64,000 nt of DNA from Lachnospiraceae bacterium (GTDB lineage Bacteria > Bacillota > Clostridia > Lachnospirales > Lachnospiraceae): NCBI GenBank assembly GCA_963643465.1, contig CAVIJT010000004.1, forward strand, positions 94,705 to 158,704, read 5' to 3'. The position numbers were made by a program, and so were the translations under genes. The number at the start of each line of letters is the position of its first letter. The stretch's first letter is position 1. This document shows positions 18,121 to 27,404 of this stretch, piece after piece. The notes beneath the pieces were generated by a model. That model did no database searches and was not told where the DNA came from. It was given only the letters and a program-made list of their open reading frames with translations.

Positions 18121-19740
18121 ATGAAGAGAAGAGATAGGATATGGAGCATTGTTATGGTGCTTGTACTTATTGTTGGGTTACAGATAAGAGCAATTCCAGT
18201 CTTAGCAGAGGAAAATGTTGTAGAATTTACCTTAAGCAAGGAAACAATGTCGCTTCAGGTGGGAAGTAAGAAAAAAATTACAGTGAAGGGTACTGAGGAA
18301 AAAATCACTTGGGAATCTTCAAAAGAAAAAATAGCAACGGTGTCTTCGGATGGAACGGTAACCGGAAGAAATGCAGGAAGTACGGTGATTACAGCTACAT
18401 CGACTACAGGTGCAAAAGCAAGTTGTAAGGTGACTGTCACTAATAAAATCATTCGTGTGCTGCTAAAGAACACTGGATTTTCCAGTGAGTATCATGGTAG
18501 CGTTACACTGACATCCAATAAAAAATTTACGATTTCAAATGGAAATAAGACAAAGTCCTACGGAGCAGGAAAGTATGTAACGATTAAAAAGAGCTATGCT
18601 TTGCTCAAGGGAGGAAAGTCTCTTACAATCAAAGCGGCAGATAATGGAAAAATAAAAATTACATCTATTAGTAGAGCGCAGGGGATTCCATCTTATCGTG
18701 GTAGTATTGTAGTTCGATATGTAAGTGGAAAGGGGCTTTCGGTAGTCAATCATGTTCCTTTGGAATATTATTTATATAGTGTGGTGGGAAGTGAAATGTC
18801 CTCCAGTTTTTCAAAAGAGGCATTGAAGGCTCAGGCAGTTACAGCAAGAAGTTTTGCGTATGCCAATTTAAATAGCAGTAAATATACCCAATTGAAGGCG
18901 GATGTGGATGATAGTACCTCTTATCAGGTATATAATAATATAAAAGAAGATAGTAACGTGATTTTGGCTGTCAATGCTACACAGAATATGGTTATAAAAA
19001 GTGGCGGAGATGTTCTTATGACATATTTTTTCTCTACTTCTTTTGGTCAGACTTCTTGTCCATCGGAAGTGTGGAATGGAACTGGGGAAGATAAATATTA
19101 TAACAATGTGGAACAGGTGAAAAATGGAGATACCGTAGATTTGTCTTCTAATACAAAATTTGAGAATTTTATAAAGACAGAGTCAAAGAATCACTTTGAT
19201 CGAAATGCAGATTGGTATCGGTGGTCTGCGGAAATAAGCAAGACAAATCTGCAAAAGCAAATTAATGGAAAATTGGCATTGTGTTATACCTTGTATCCAT
19301 CTTACATAAAAACAAAACAATCTGACGGCTCTTATAAAAGTACAGTGGTTTCCTCTGTGGGGACATTAAAAAATGTGGAAGTAACTAGCAGAACAAAGAG
19401 TGGGATGGTAGAAAAATTGAAAATCACTGGTTCTAAAGCTACAATACAGGTTTCTAATCCATCGGCAGTGCGTACATTGATGGCACCAGCCTATGATTTT
19501 GTGAAAAAAAATAATGGAAGTAAAGTCAGTGGATATTCTATGTTACCGAGTGCTTATTTTGCAATTGAAAGAACCGTATCAGGAAGTGCAATAAAGTACA
19601 CTATAACTGGTGGTGGATATGGACATAATGTTGGTATGAGTCAAAATGGTGCAAATCAGATGGCAAAAGAAGGTTATGATTATCAGGATATTTTGAAACA
19701 TTACTATAAAAATATCAGTATTTCTCATGTAGTAGACTAA
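18121..19740 (+). CDS. SpoIID/LytB-domain protein with N-terminal Big_2 domain (secreted)
   Basis: Signal/anchor segment IWSIVMVLVLIVGLQIRAIPVLA. Big_2-like region (ITWESSKEKIATVSSDGTVTGRNAGSTVITA). SpoIID motifs AVTARSFAY, YFFSTSFGQTS and GHNVGMSQNGANQMAKEGYDYQDILKHYY. Confidence 0.8.
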   Translation: MKRRDRIWSIVMVLVLIVGLQIRAIPVLAEENVVEFTLSKETMSLQVGSKKKITVKGTEEKITWESSKEKIATVSSDGTVTGRNAGSTVITATSTTGAKASCKVTVTNKIIRVLLKNTGFSSEYHGSVTLTSNKKFTISNGNKTKSYGAGKYVTIKKSYALLKGGKSLTIKAADNGKIKITSISRAQGIPSYRGSIVVRYVSGKGLSVVNHVPLEYYLYSVVGSEMSSSFSKEALKAQAVTARSFAYANLNSSKYTQLKADVDDSTSYQVYNNIKEDSNVILAVNATQNMVIKSGGDVLMTYFFSTSFGQTSCPSEVWNGTGEDKYYNNVEQVKNGDTVDLSSNTKFENFIKTESKNHFDRNADWYRWSAEISKTNLQKQINGKLALCYTLYPSYIKTKQSDGSYKSTVVSSVGTLKNVEVTSRTKSGMVEKLKITGSKATIQVSNPSAVRTLMAPAYDFVKKNNGSKVSGYSMLPSAYFAIERTVSGSAIKYTITGGGYGHNVGMSQNGANQMAKEGYDYQDILKHYYKNISISHVVD

Positions 19741-19835
19741 ATGAGAATATTTTTGGATAAAAAGGAAACAGTATTACAAGCTGGAAATATATCGGAAATA
19801 GGCTTTTCGGGAGTCATAACAATACAAATTCATCC

Positions 19836-19864
19836 TTTACAAATAACTGAAACTTTAGTATAAT
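19836..19864 (+). promoter_or_regulatory. Near-consensus sigma-A promoter upstream of tRNA-Arg
   Basis: TTTACA (19836-19841), 17 nt spacer, TATAAT (19859-19864). Confidence 0.55.
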
Positions 19865-19989
19865 AATTAAAGTTTTCGTAGTATGATTTTTATGAAATAT
19901 GCTTTTGTATTTTGCAAAGGATAAAGAAAACAGTGGAATATAGTTTCAAAGCTAGATAAACAAGGATACACTGTTTTAAACGTATTTTT

Positions 19990-20062
19990 GCATCTGTAGC
20001 TCAGTGGATAGAGCAATGGCTTCCGAAGCCATGTGCCGGGGGTTCGAGTCCCTTCAGGTGCA
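19990..20062 (+). tRNA. tRNA-Arg (anticodon CCG)
   Basis: 73 nt cloverleaf. Acceptor stem GCATCTG/CAGGTGC. D arm GCTC-AGTGGATA-GAGC. Anticodon stem ATGGC/GCCAT with loop TTCCGAA (CCG). T loop TTCGAGT. Discriminator A. No encoded CCA. Confidence 0.85.
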
Positions 20063-20070
20063 TGTAGTAG

Positions 20071-20105
20071 ACAGCTTATCTAGTTAATAGATAGGCTGTT
20101 TTTTC
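20071..20105 (+). terminator. Rho-independent terminator after the tRNA
   Basis: acagcttatcta (20071-20082) pairs with tagataggctgt (20088-20099), followed by TTTTTT. Confidence 0.8.
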
Positions 20106-20170
20106 GATATTGTTTACAATTGTGACAAGTAAACAGTATAGGTTTTCAATACAAAATAAGGAGACTTGAC

Positions 20171-20947
20171 ATGAAGTTTAAGTATAAAAAAATTATTCTT
20201 ATTATTACGATGTGTACCATGTGCATTGGAATGGTGACCATTTCACTTACAACACCTTCTGGTGGAAAGAATGGGAAAAATGGTAACGGGACAAAAGATA
20301 GGGACAATACCTTTGCAGTGATGAGTGAGGATGCAACACTTATGGATGAGGCTGGTTTGTCTGATAAGAGTGAATTAAAAAACAATGATATAGAAGAGGT
20401 AGATGCTCTTGTTACCACATATCTAAAAGGTATGCTTACCTGTGATTTAATCACATTAGGAGATATTGTGACGGATGTGGAGAGCATTGACATTGTGGAT
20501 ATGCAGGGAAAACAGAAGTTAATTGAGCAATATGAGAATATTGAATGTTATACACTGGATGGACTGCAAGAGGGAGAGTATCTTGTATATTATTATAATG
20601 AAGTAAAATTTTCTGGAATTGATACAGCAGCACCAGGGCTTAATCGTCTTTACATTGTCACTGAGGACGGCACTTTGAAAATTGCTACAGGGCATTTGCG
20701 ACAGGAAGTGCAGGATTTTATTGAAGAGGCAGATCAAAGTGATGAAGTACAGCAAATTATTAATACTGTTAATTACAAGTTAGAGCAGGCAATTAATGAG
20801 GATGATGGCTTACGACAGTTATATGCTAATTTGAATGGTGGAAGTGACGAAGTGGATACAGAGGCGGAAGAAGATGAAAGTGTGGAGGCAACGGAAGTGC
20901 CACCAACGGATGAGCCTATTGAGGATACGGAAACAGTAAATGAATAG
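20171..20947 (+). CDS. Hypothetical membrane-anchored or secreted protein with an acidic C-terminus
   Basis: N-terminal hydrophobic segment IILIITMCTMCIGMVTISL. I recognise no catalytic motif. AAGGAGA RBS. Confidence 0.55.
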   Translation: MKFKYKKIILIITMCTMCIGMVTISLTTPSGGKNGKNGNGTKDRDNTFAVMSEDATLMDEAGLSDKSELKNNDIEEVDALVTTYLKGMLTCDLITLGDIVTDVESIDIVDMQGKQKLIEQYENIECYTLDGLQEGEYLVYYYNEVKFSGIDTAAPGLNRLYIVTEDGTLKIATGHLRQEVQDFIEEADQSDEVQQIINTVNYKLEQAINEDDGLRQLYANLNGGSDEVDTEAEEDESVEATEVPPTDEPIEDTETVNE

Positions 20948-20995
20948 GATATTTTTGGTGGATACAAGAGTATTCTAAAATATATGGAAACGCAA

Positions 20996-21029
20996 AGCAT
21001 AGCAGGGAGAAATACTTTCCCTGCTTGCT
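20996..21029 (+). terminator. Hairpin, possible weak terminator
   Basis: agca-t-agcaggga pairs with tccctgcttgct (12 bp, one bulge). The T-tract is poor. Confidence 0.35.
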
Positions 21030-21120
21030 GATTATTTACGCAAGTAGTGAGGAAAAGCGAGTGTTTCGGTAATCTGAAAACCTTGCAAAATGTGTTTTTT
21101 TATGCTTATGGAGGAAAACG

Positions 21121-21816
21121 ATGGAAGAAATGCGATTAAATAAATATTTAAGTGAAGTAGGAGTATGTTCCAGACGTGAGGCGGATCGATTTGTAGAAGC
21201 AGGTAGAATAACAGTAGATGGTAAATTGGCAGTTATGGGGCAGAAAGTTACAGGTAGAGAACGAATTGAAATTGACCATAAATCTATAAAAAAAGAGGAA
21301 GAGAAGGTGCTATTAGCGTTTAATAAGCCTCGTGGAATTGTTTGTACTACAAGTAAGAAGGACAAGGATAATATTGTGGATTTTATTAACTATGGAAAAC
21401 GAATTTATCCCATTGGAAGATTAGATAAAGATTCCGAAGGTTTGATTTTACTTACCAACCAAGGAGAATTGGTGGATAAAATCCTGCGTGGGAGTAATTT
21501 TCATGAAAAAGAGTATATTGTTACTGTAAATAAAAAAATTACGCCGGAATTTTTGCGAGCTATGGGTTCTGGTGTGCCAATCTTAGATACGGTTACAAGA
21601 CCTTGTGAGATTGAGCAGATTGGACCAAAAACGTTTCGGATTATTTTAACACAGGGATTAAACCGACAGATTCGACGAATGTGTGAATATTTTGACTATC
21701 GGGTACTGGAACTTACCAGAGTGCGAGTGATGAATATACGATTGGGAAGACTAAAGTCCGGAACATATCGAAAAGTGGCAGGTAAAGAATTGGAAGAGTT
21801 GATGGATTTGTTATAA
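21121..21816 (+). CDS. rluF: RsuA/RluF-family pseudouridine synthase (S4 domain plus catalytic domain)
   Basis: S4 domain MRLNKYLSEVGVCSRREADRFVEAGRITVDG. Catalytic GRLDKDSEGLILLTN motif. Confidence 0.8.
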   Translation: MEEMRLNKYLSEVGVCSRREADRFVEAGRITVDGKLAVMGQKVTGRERIEIDHKSIKKEEEKVLLAFNKPRGIVCTTSKKDKDNIVDFINYGKRIYPIGRLDKDSEGLILLTNQGELVDKILRGSNFHEKEYIVTVNKKITPEFLRAMGSGVPILDTVTRPCEIEQIGPKTFRIILTQGLNRQIRRMCEYFDYRVLELTRVRVMNIRLGRLKSGTYRKVAGKELEELMDLL

Positions 21817-21844
21817 GGATAACAATAATAGGGAGGATAACGAA

Positions 21845-23806
21845 TTGGAGAATCAAAAAAGAATCAAAGAATTGGTAGAGCTTTTAAATCGTGCATCCAA
21901 AGCATATTATCAAGATGCAGAAGAGATTATGAGCAACTACGAGTACGATAAACTCTATGATGAGTTGGTTGCATTAGAAGAGAAAGAGGGAATTATTCTT
22001 TCCAATAGTCCAACACAGAATGTAGGATATCAGGTACTTAGTGAACTTCCAAAAGAAGAACATCCGGCAAGAATGTTATCTTTAGACAAGACAAAGGAAG
22101 TAGCAGCATTAGAAACATGGATAGGAGAGAAAAAGGGGATTCTTTCTTGGAAAATGGATGGACTTACTATTGTGCTTACTTATGAAAATGGCGAATTGGT
22201 AAAGGCGGTTACCAGAGGAAATGGCGAAGTAGGAGAAGTAGTTACGAACAATGTGCGGGTGTTTAAAAATGTTCCTCTAAAGATTGGATTCAAGGGACGA
22301 TTGATTCTAAGAGGAGAAGCGGTTATTAAATATTCAGATTTTGAAGCGTTGAATGAAACGATAACAGACGTGTCTGCAAAATATAAAAATCCAAGAAATC
22401 TATGCAGTGGTTCGGTAAGACAGTTAAATAATGAAATTACTGCAAAGAGAAATGTATATTTTATGGCATTTGCTTTAGTATCCTGTGAGGGGGAAGATGC
22501 GCCGGATTTTGAAAATAGCAGGGAAAAGCAGTTTGCATGGCTTGAAGGACAAGGGTTTCAAGTGGTAGAACGAAAAGTAGTCACCAGAAAAAATATGGCA
22601 GATATGGTGCAGTGGTTTTCTGATACCATTTCTCATAATGATTTTCCTTCAGATGGTTTGGTATTGTTGTATGATGATATTGCTTATGGAAGAAGTCTTG
22701 GAACTACAGCGAAGTTTCCAAGAGATGCCATTGCTTTTAAATGGGCAGATGAAACGGCTGTAACAAAGTTAGTAGATGTGGAATGGAGTGCTTCAAGAAC
22801 TGGATTGATTAATCCGGTGGCAATATTTGATTCTGTGGAACTTGAGGGGACCACTGTTAGTCGGGCGAGCCTTCACAATATTAGTATCATTGAAAGTCTT
22901 GAACTTGGAATTGGAGATGAGATTTCTGTGTATAAGGCAAATATGATCATTCCTCAGGTTGCAGAAAACCATACAAAAAGTGGGGATTTACCAATTCCAT
23001 CTGTATGTCCGGTATGTGGAAAAACGACTACTATTGAGCGAGAAAATGATGTGAAAGTCCTTAAATGTAAGAATGCGCAGTGTTTGGCAAAAAGAATAAA
23101 AATGTTTACCCATTTTATGAGTCGGGACGCTATGAATATGGAAGGTTTGTCTGAGGCTACCGTTGAGAAAATGATTGGGCAGGGCATTATTAAAGAGTTA
23201 GCAGATTTGTACCATTTAGAAGCTCATCGGGAAGAAATTATAAACATGGAAGGCTTTGGAGAAAAATCCTTTGCGAATATGATTGCCTCCATTGAGCGAG
23301 CAAGAACAGTTACATTGGCAAAATTTATATATAGCTTAGGAATTGCGAATATTGGTTTGTCCAATGCAAAATTAATTTGTAAGGCATATAACAATGAGGT
23401 AGATGCAGTTCTTCATGCTACAGTAGAAGAATTGGTGGAGATTGATGGTATTGGACAAGTAATCGCTGAGGCATTTGTTTCCTTTATGGCTCAGGAACAA
23501 AATAAAATTATGATTGATGATTTGCGAAAAGAGATTCAATTTGAAGACAGTCAAAAGGAAGAGACTAGCGCAACTATGGATGGGGTAACTTTTGTGATTA
23601 CCGGTTCCGTAGAAAAGTTTAAAAACCGAAAAGAAATGCAGCAATTTATTGAGGAACATGGAGGAAAAGTAACAGGAAGCGTTACTTCTAAAACAAATTT
23701 TTTGATTAACAATGATAATACATCCAGTTCTTCAAAAAACAAAAAAGCCAAGGAATTAGGGATTCCAATCCTTACAGAAGAAGAGTTTTTGGTGCGGTTT
23801 AGTTGA
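21845..23806 (+). CDS. ligA: NAD-dependent DNA ligase
   Basis: Adenylation motif KMDGL. Zn finger CPVCGKTTTIERENDVKVLKCKNAQC. HhH region. C-terminal BRCT (GVTFVITGS). TTG start 8 nt after GGGAGG. Confidence 0.95.
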   Translation: MENQKRIKELVELLNRASKAYYQDAEEIMSNYEYDKLYDELVALEEKEGIILSNSPTQNVGYQVLSELPKEEHPARMLSLDKTKEVAALETWIGEKKGILSWKMDGLTIVLTYENGELVKAVTRGNGEVGEVVTNNVRVFKNVPLKIGFKGRLILRGEAVIKYSDFEALNETITDVSAKYKNPRNLCSGSVRQLNNEITAKRNVYFMAFALVSCEGEDAPDFENSREKQFAWLEGQGFQVVERKVVTRKNMADMVQWFSDTISHNDFPSDGLVLLYDDIAYGRSLGTTAKFPRDAIAFKWADETAVTKLVDVEWSASRTGLINPVAIFDSVELEGTTVSRASLHNISIIESLELGIGDEISVYKANMIIPQVAENHTKSGDLPIPSVCPVCGKTTTIERENDVKVLKCKNAQCLAKRIKMFTHFMSRDAMNMEGLSEATVEKMIGQGIIKELADLYHLEAHREEIINMEGFGEKSFANMIASIERARTVTLAKFIYSLGIANIGLSNAKLICKAYNNEVDAVLHATVEELVEIDGIGQVIAEAFVSFMAQEQNKIMIDDLRKEIQFEDSQKEETSATMDGVTFVITGSVEKFKNRKEMQQFIEEHGGKVTGSVTSKTNFLINNDNTSSSSKNKKAKELGIPILTEEEFLVRFS

Positions 23807-23863
23807 TTTTTGTAACGTGACATGGTATGATAAAGTAGATGTAATTATAAAGGCGGTGGTAGA

Positions 23864-24772
23864 ATGCCTATTAAAGTGCAGAACAATCTTCCAGCAAAGA
23901 AAATATTAGAGAACGAGAATATTTTTGTGATGGATGAGAATCGGGCGATTGAGCAAGAGATACGCCCGCTGCAGATTGCAATTTTGAATTTAATGCCCTT
24001 AAAAGAGGCAACAGAAGTACAGTTATTGAGAAGTTTATCAAATACACCTTTGCAGGTTGATTTAACCTTTTTGACAACGGCAAGTTATGTGGGAACAAAC
24101 ACAGCAGCCAGTCATTTGGATAAATTTTATCAGACCTTTGATGACGTGAAAGAGAAGCGTTTTGATGGTTTGGTAATCACAGGTGCGCCAGTGGAGCGAC
24201 TTGCATTTGAAGATATAGATTATTGGGAAGAACTTACGAATATTATGGAATGGTCCAAAACGGCAGTTACTTCTACCTTGCATATATGCTGGGGGGCACA
24301 GGCAGGGTTGTATTATCATTTTGGATTGGAAAAGAGAGCGTTGCCAAAGAAAATTTCTGGCATATATTCTCATAGGGTTCTTAATCGAAAGAATCCTTTG
24401 GTCAGAGGGTTTGACGATGTGTTTATGGCACCACATTCCAGATATACGGACGTTTCTTTAGAAGAGATTCATAACACAGAAGGGCTTACCGTTCTTGCCG
24501 AATCAGAAGAAGTAGGAGCTTTTTTGATTATGGCAGAGGAGGGAAAGCAAATTTTTGTGTTAGGACATCCAGAATATGACCGTTTAACTTTGGATGAGGA
24601 ATATAAAAGGGATTTAGGTAAGGGATTAGAGGTAGAGATACCGAAGAATTATTATCCAGATGATGATCCATCTAAGAAACCATTGCTTACATGGCGCGCA
24701 CACGCTAATGCTATGTATACAAATTGGTTGAATTATTTTGTTTATCAGGTCACTCCTTATGACTTATCTTAA
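23864..24772 (+). CDS. metA: Homoserine O-acyltransferase (MetA family)
   Basis: MPIKVQNNLPA start, LNLMP and HICWGAQAGLY motifs. 302 aa. Confidence 0.9.
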   Translation: MPIKVQNNLPAKKILENENIFVMDENRAIEQEIRPLQIAILNLMPLKEATEVQLLRSLSNTPLQVDLTFLTTASYVGTNTAASHLDKFYQTFDDVKEKRFDGLVITGAPVERLAFEDIDYWEELTNIMEWSKTAVTSTLHICWGAQAGLYYHFGLEKRALPKKISGIYSHRVLNRKNPLVRGFDDVFMAPHSRYTDVSLEEIHNTEGLTVLAESEEVGAFLIMAEEGKQIFVLGHPEYDRLTLDEEYKRDLGKGLEVEIPKNYYPDDDPSKKPLLTWRAHANAMYTNWLNYFVYQVTPYDLS

Positions 24773-24865
24773 GAGAAGGTAAGGCGGTTTGTTATATTAG
24801 TTAGTGAGTGAAGATGAATAGGGGAATACATCAGAAGGGGAGCAGTATAAGGAGGAGGGATAACC

Positions 24866-25933
24866 ATGGTTCTTTTGGATAGCGACATAGGTCTTTCTAT
24901 TGCGGAATTTTTTGAAAAATATCAGCAAATAGGTATTATGCTTGTAGGCTGTATTATGATTGTTGCTTTGGTTATTATTTTTATTTCATTTCGTATGAAG
25001 ATGCGTAGTCAGGAGAAGATGATTAATCAGGTTAAATTGCAGGAGAAACGCTATAAGATTTTAGCAGAGATTTCTAATGATATTCTATTTGACTACGATA
25101 TTTTTTCAGATGAGATGTCATATTCTGAAAAGTACACTGAAAACTTTGGAAGAAAATGTAAGATTGAGCGGTATGCAGAATTAAAAGAGGAGTTGCAGTA
25201 TGTCTATAAAGAAGATGTAGCTCGTTTTGAGCATTTTTGCAAATTGCTTGGTGGAGAAAAGCAGAAATTTGATGAGGAATATCGAATGAAACGTTCCTCA
25301 GGAGATTTTGTCTGGTGTTATGTTTGTGGACAAACTCTTTATGATGATAACAATAATCCAGTTGCAGTTGTTGGAAAACTTACCAATGTAGATATGCAGA
25401 AGCGTGAGATGGAAAAGCTACAGTTTAAAGCAGAAATTGATGCTATGACAAATATCTACAATAAAGTTGCTACTAGAGAGAGAATTAACACATTTATCAA
25501 TAATAGCAGAAAGCAGGATAAGCATGCTTTATTGATTGTAGATATGGATAACTTTAAGAAAATCAATGATACCTTTGGCCATTTGAAAGGTGATGAGGTA
25601 TTAAAAGATGGTGTGGGACATTTAAAGAGTATGTTCCGTGGGGATGACATTATCGGAAGAATTGGTGGAGATGAATTTGTTGTATTTATGAGCAACGTTA
25701 CTTCTAGAGAAGATATTGTCAATAAAGCTAAGAGTATTGGAAAAGCATTCCGAAGAACTTATAGTGACGATGCCAATGAGGTTATTGTATCGGCAAGTAT
25801 TGGTATTTCTATTTATCCTATGGATGGTGGAGATTACGAAGAATTGTTGGATAAGTCAGATAAAGCATTGTATGAAGTAAAGAAGAATGGAAAGAATGGA
25901 TTTTGCTTCTATCATGAAGAAAAAACGGAATAG
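24866..25933 (+). CDS. Membrane-anchored PAS-GGDEF diguanylate cyclase
   Basis: TM segment IGIMLVGCIMIVALVIIFISF. PAS-like middle region. GGDEF active site RIGGDEFVV. An I-site-like RxxD is not obvious. Confidence 0.8.
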   Translation: MVLLDSDIGLSIAEFFEKYQQIGIMLVGCIMIVALVIIFISFRMKMRSQEKMINQVKLQEKRYKILAEISNDILFDYDIFSDEMSYSEKYTENFGRKCKIERYAELKEELQYVYKEDVARFEHFCKLLGGEKQKFDEEYRMKRSSGDFVWCYVCGQTLYDDNNNPVAVVGKLTNVDMQKREMEKLQFKAEIDAMTNIYNKVATRERINTFINNSRKQDKHALLIVDMDNFKKINDTFGHLKGDEVLKDGVGHLKSMFRGDDIIGRIGGDEFVVFMSNVTSREDIVNKAKSIGKAFRRTYSDDANEVIVSASIGISIYPMDGGDYEELLDKSDKALYEVKKNGKNGFCFYHEEKTE

Positions 25934-25980
25934 AGAATGCTTTCTTTGAAACAAGAGAATAGTTAGTCTTAATGGACTGT

Positions 25981-26012
25981 AAAAAACAGCTACGGATTGT
26001 AGCTGTTTTTTT
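25981..26012 (+). terminator. Rho-independent terminator
   Basis: cagctac (25987-25993) pairs with gtagctg (25999-26005). It is flanked by A6 and T7. Confidence 0.8.
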
Positions 26013-26068
26013 GATCTATAGGATTAGAATGTCAAAAGCCCTCTGTGCAGGATGCGCACGCTTTGTTT
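26013..26068. repeat. GC-rich intergenic element, copy B (short paralogue of copy D)
   Basis: 26034-26060 aaaagccctctgtgcaggatgcgcacg matches 60612-60638 at 25 of 27 positions. gcacgctttgtt (26056-26067) is identical to 60728-60739. The upstream flank atct-atagg is also shared. Confidence 0.75.
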
Positions 26069-26084
26069 TAGTAATTTACTGGAT

Positions 26085-27404
26085 TTAAAAAGCCGAAGAC
26101 TTTTTGCTGAGAACGGCAAGGGAAAGTGCTTGGAAAAGGGTGTAGCAAAATTCGCTGAGAAGCATGGCAAAAAAGTAGCCGGCAATTCCAATGTTTGGAA
26201 TAAAAAGGAAAAACAGAGCAATGCGCAACAAAAGGGAGAAGGTGGTGTTTCGGAAGGTAAGCTGTGTTTTTCCAAGACCATTTAGAATACTGGAGAACAT
26301 AGCATTTAAGTAAAGCATTGGGCAAATCCATGCCAGATTTCTTAGATAAATACCACACAATTCATTGTGAAACAGGAGAATACCAAGAAATTTTCCTGTA
26401 AACAAAAAAAATAAACTGGCGCATAAGCCTGTAAGCAGACTTCCAGAAACAGAAAGGGAGACTGCTTTTTTTATGTATGTAGTGTCTTGTTCGCTTTTCG
26501 CTCTGGAAATAGAGGGCAGTAATAAAACGGACAAGGAATTAAACAAGGTAGAAGGAAATAAAAGTAACGGGAGTGTCATACCTGTCAAAATACCATAGAT
26601 GCTCAATGCTTCTTTGCTGGAAAATCCATGTGTACAGAGAAGCTGTGGAATCAGTATATTCTCCATGGCATGGAGAAAACTGACAACTAAGTGAGTTGCA
26701 GTTAGTGGCAGGGTAAAAGAAAGTAATTTAGAATAAAGGGTTTTGGCTGGTTCCGAATAGGAGGTAGTTTTATGGGAAGAATTCTTATGTAGAATGGTAT
26801 AAAAATTGTAAAGCATGGCAGTAATTTCACCAATGGCAATTGAAAATATGGCAATTTCACAGGTGAATGATGTATGTGATTTTTGAAAGAAAAATAAAAC
26901 AATCAAACTGAATAAAATTCGGCTCATTTGCTCAATGAATTGTGCAATGGCAGGGTGTTTCGTTTGCGTCTGTCCAAAATAGAAACCGTTGATACAAGCT
27001 GAAATTGCACATGCAGGAAATGTAAAACTTAAAAACTGTAGGGAATCGGCACAGCGAGGTTCTTTTAAAAAAGTAATGGCAATTTGTTCTGGGAAGAAAA
27101 ATAGAACCAAAGAACAAAGCAGAGCAATTCCAGTAGAAAGAAGCATACCACAATATAGAGTTTTTCTATGATTATAAGTGTCGGTGGTCTTTTGCTCGGA
27201 AACTACTTTAGAGATGGCAGTTTGCATTCCAGAACCATATAAGGTAAAACAAATGTTGTATATAGGAAATACTAACTGATACACCCCAAGCATTTCGCTG
27301 CCTAAAAGATTAGAGAGCAGCAATTTATACAGAAAGCCCAGAAAACGGGTGGCAAAGCCTGCAATGGTAAGAATGAAAGTACCTTTTATTAATTTAGATT
27401 TCAA
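26085..27404 (-). CDS. MOP-superfamily flippase (SpoVB / polysaccharide biosynthesis protein-like)
   Basis: 439 aa polytopic membrane protein. N-terminus KGTFILTIAGFATRFLGFLYKLLLSNLLGSEMLGVYQLVFPIY is typical of SpoVB/MurJ-like proteins. Confidence 0.7.
   Translation of the reverse strand: MKSKLIKGTFILTIAGFATRFLGFLYKLLLSNLLGSEMLGVYQLVFPIYNICFTLYGSGMQTAISKVVSEQKTTDTYNHRKTLYCGMLLSTGIALLCSLVLFFFPEQIAITFLKEPRCADSLQFLSFTFPACAISACINGFYFGQTQTKHPAIAQFIEQMSRILFSLIVLFFFQKSHTSFTCEIAIFSIAIGEITAMLYNFYTILHKNSSHKTTSYSEPAKTLYSKLLSFTLPLTATHLVVSFLHAMENILIPQLLCTHGFSSKEALSIYGILTGMTLPLLLFPSTLFNSLSVLLLPSISRAKSEQDTTYIKKAVSLSVSGSLLTGLCASLFFLFTGKFLGILLFHNELCGIYLRNLAWICPMLYLNAMFSSILNGLGKTQLTFRNTTFSLLLRIALFFLFIPNIGIAGYFFAMLLSEFCYTLFQALSLAVLSKKSSAF

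Noticed and set aside
23807-23863. Expected SAM riboswitch or Met T-box upstream of metA, and a T-box or attenuator upstream of hisH (12155-12298)
   Set aside because: The spacers are too short (57 nt for metA) or are occupied by the upstream gene's terminator. No conserved riboswitch or T-box sequence is visible.
26024-26358. Three overlapping 77-96 aa ORFs on both strands at the 3' end of the flippase gene
   Set aside because: They overlap the flippase CDS and the repeat element, and have no RBS.
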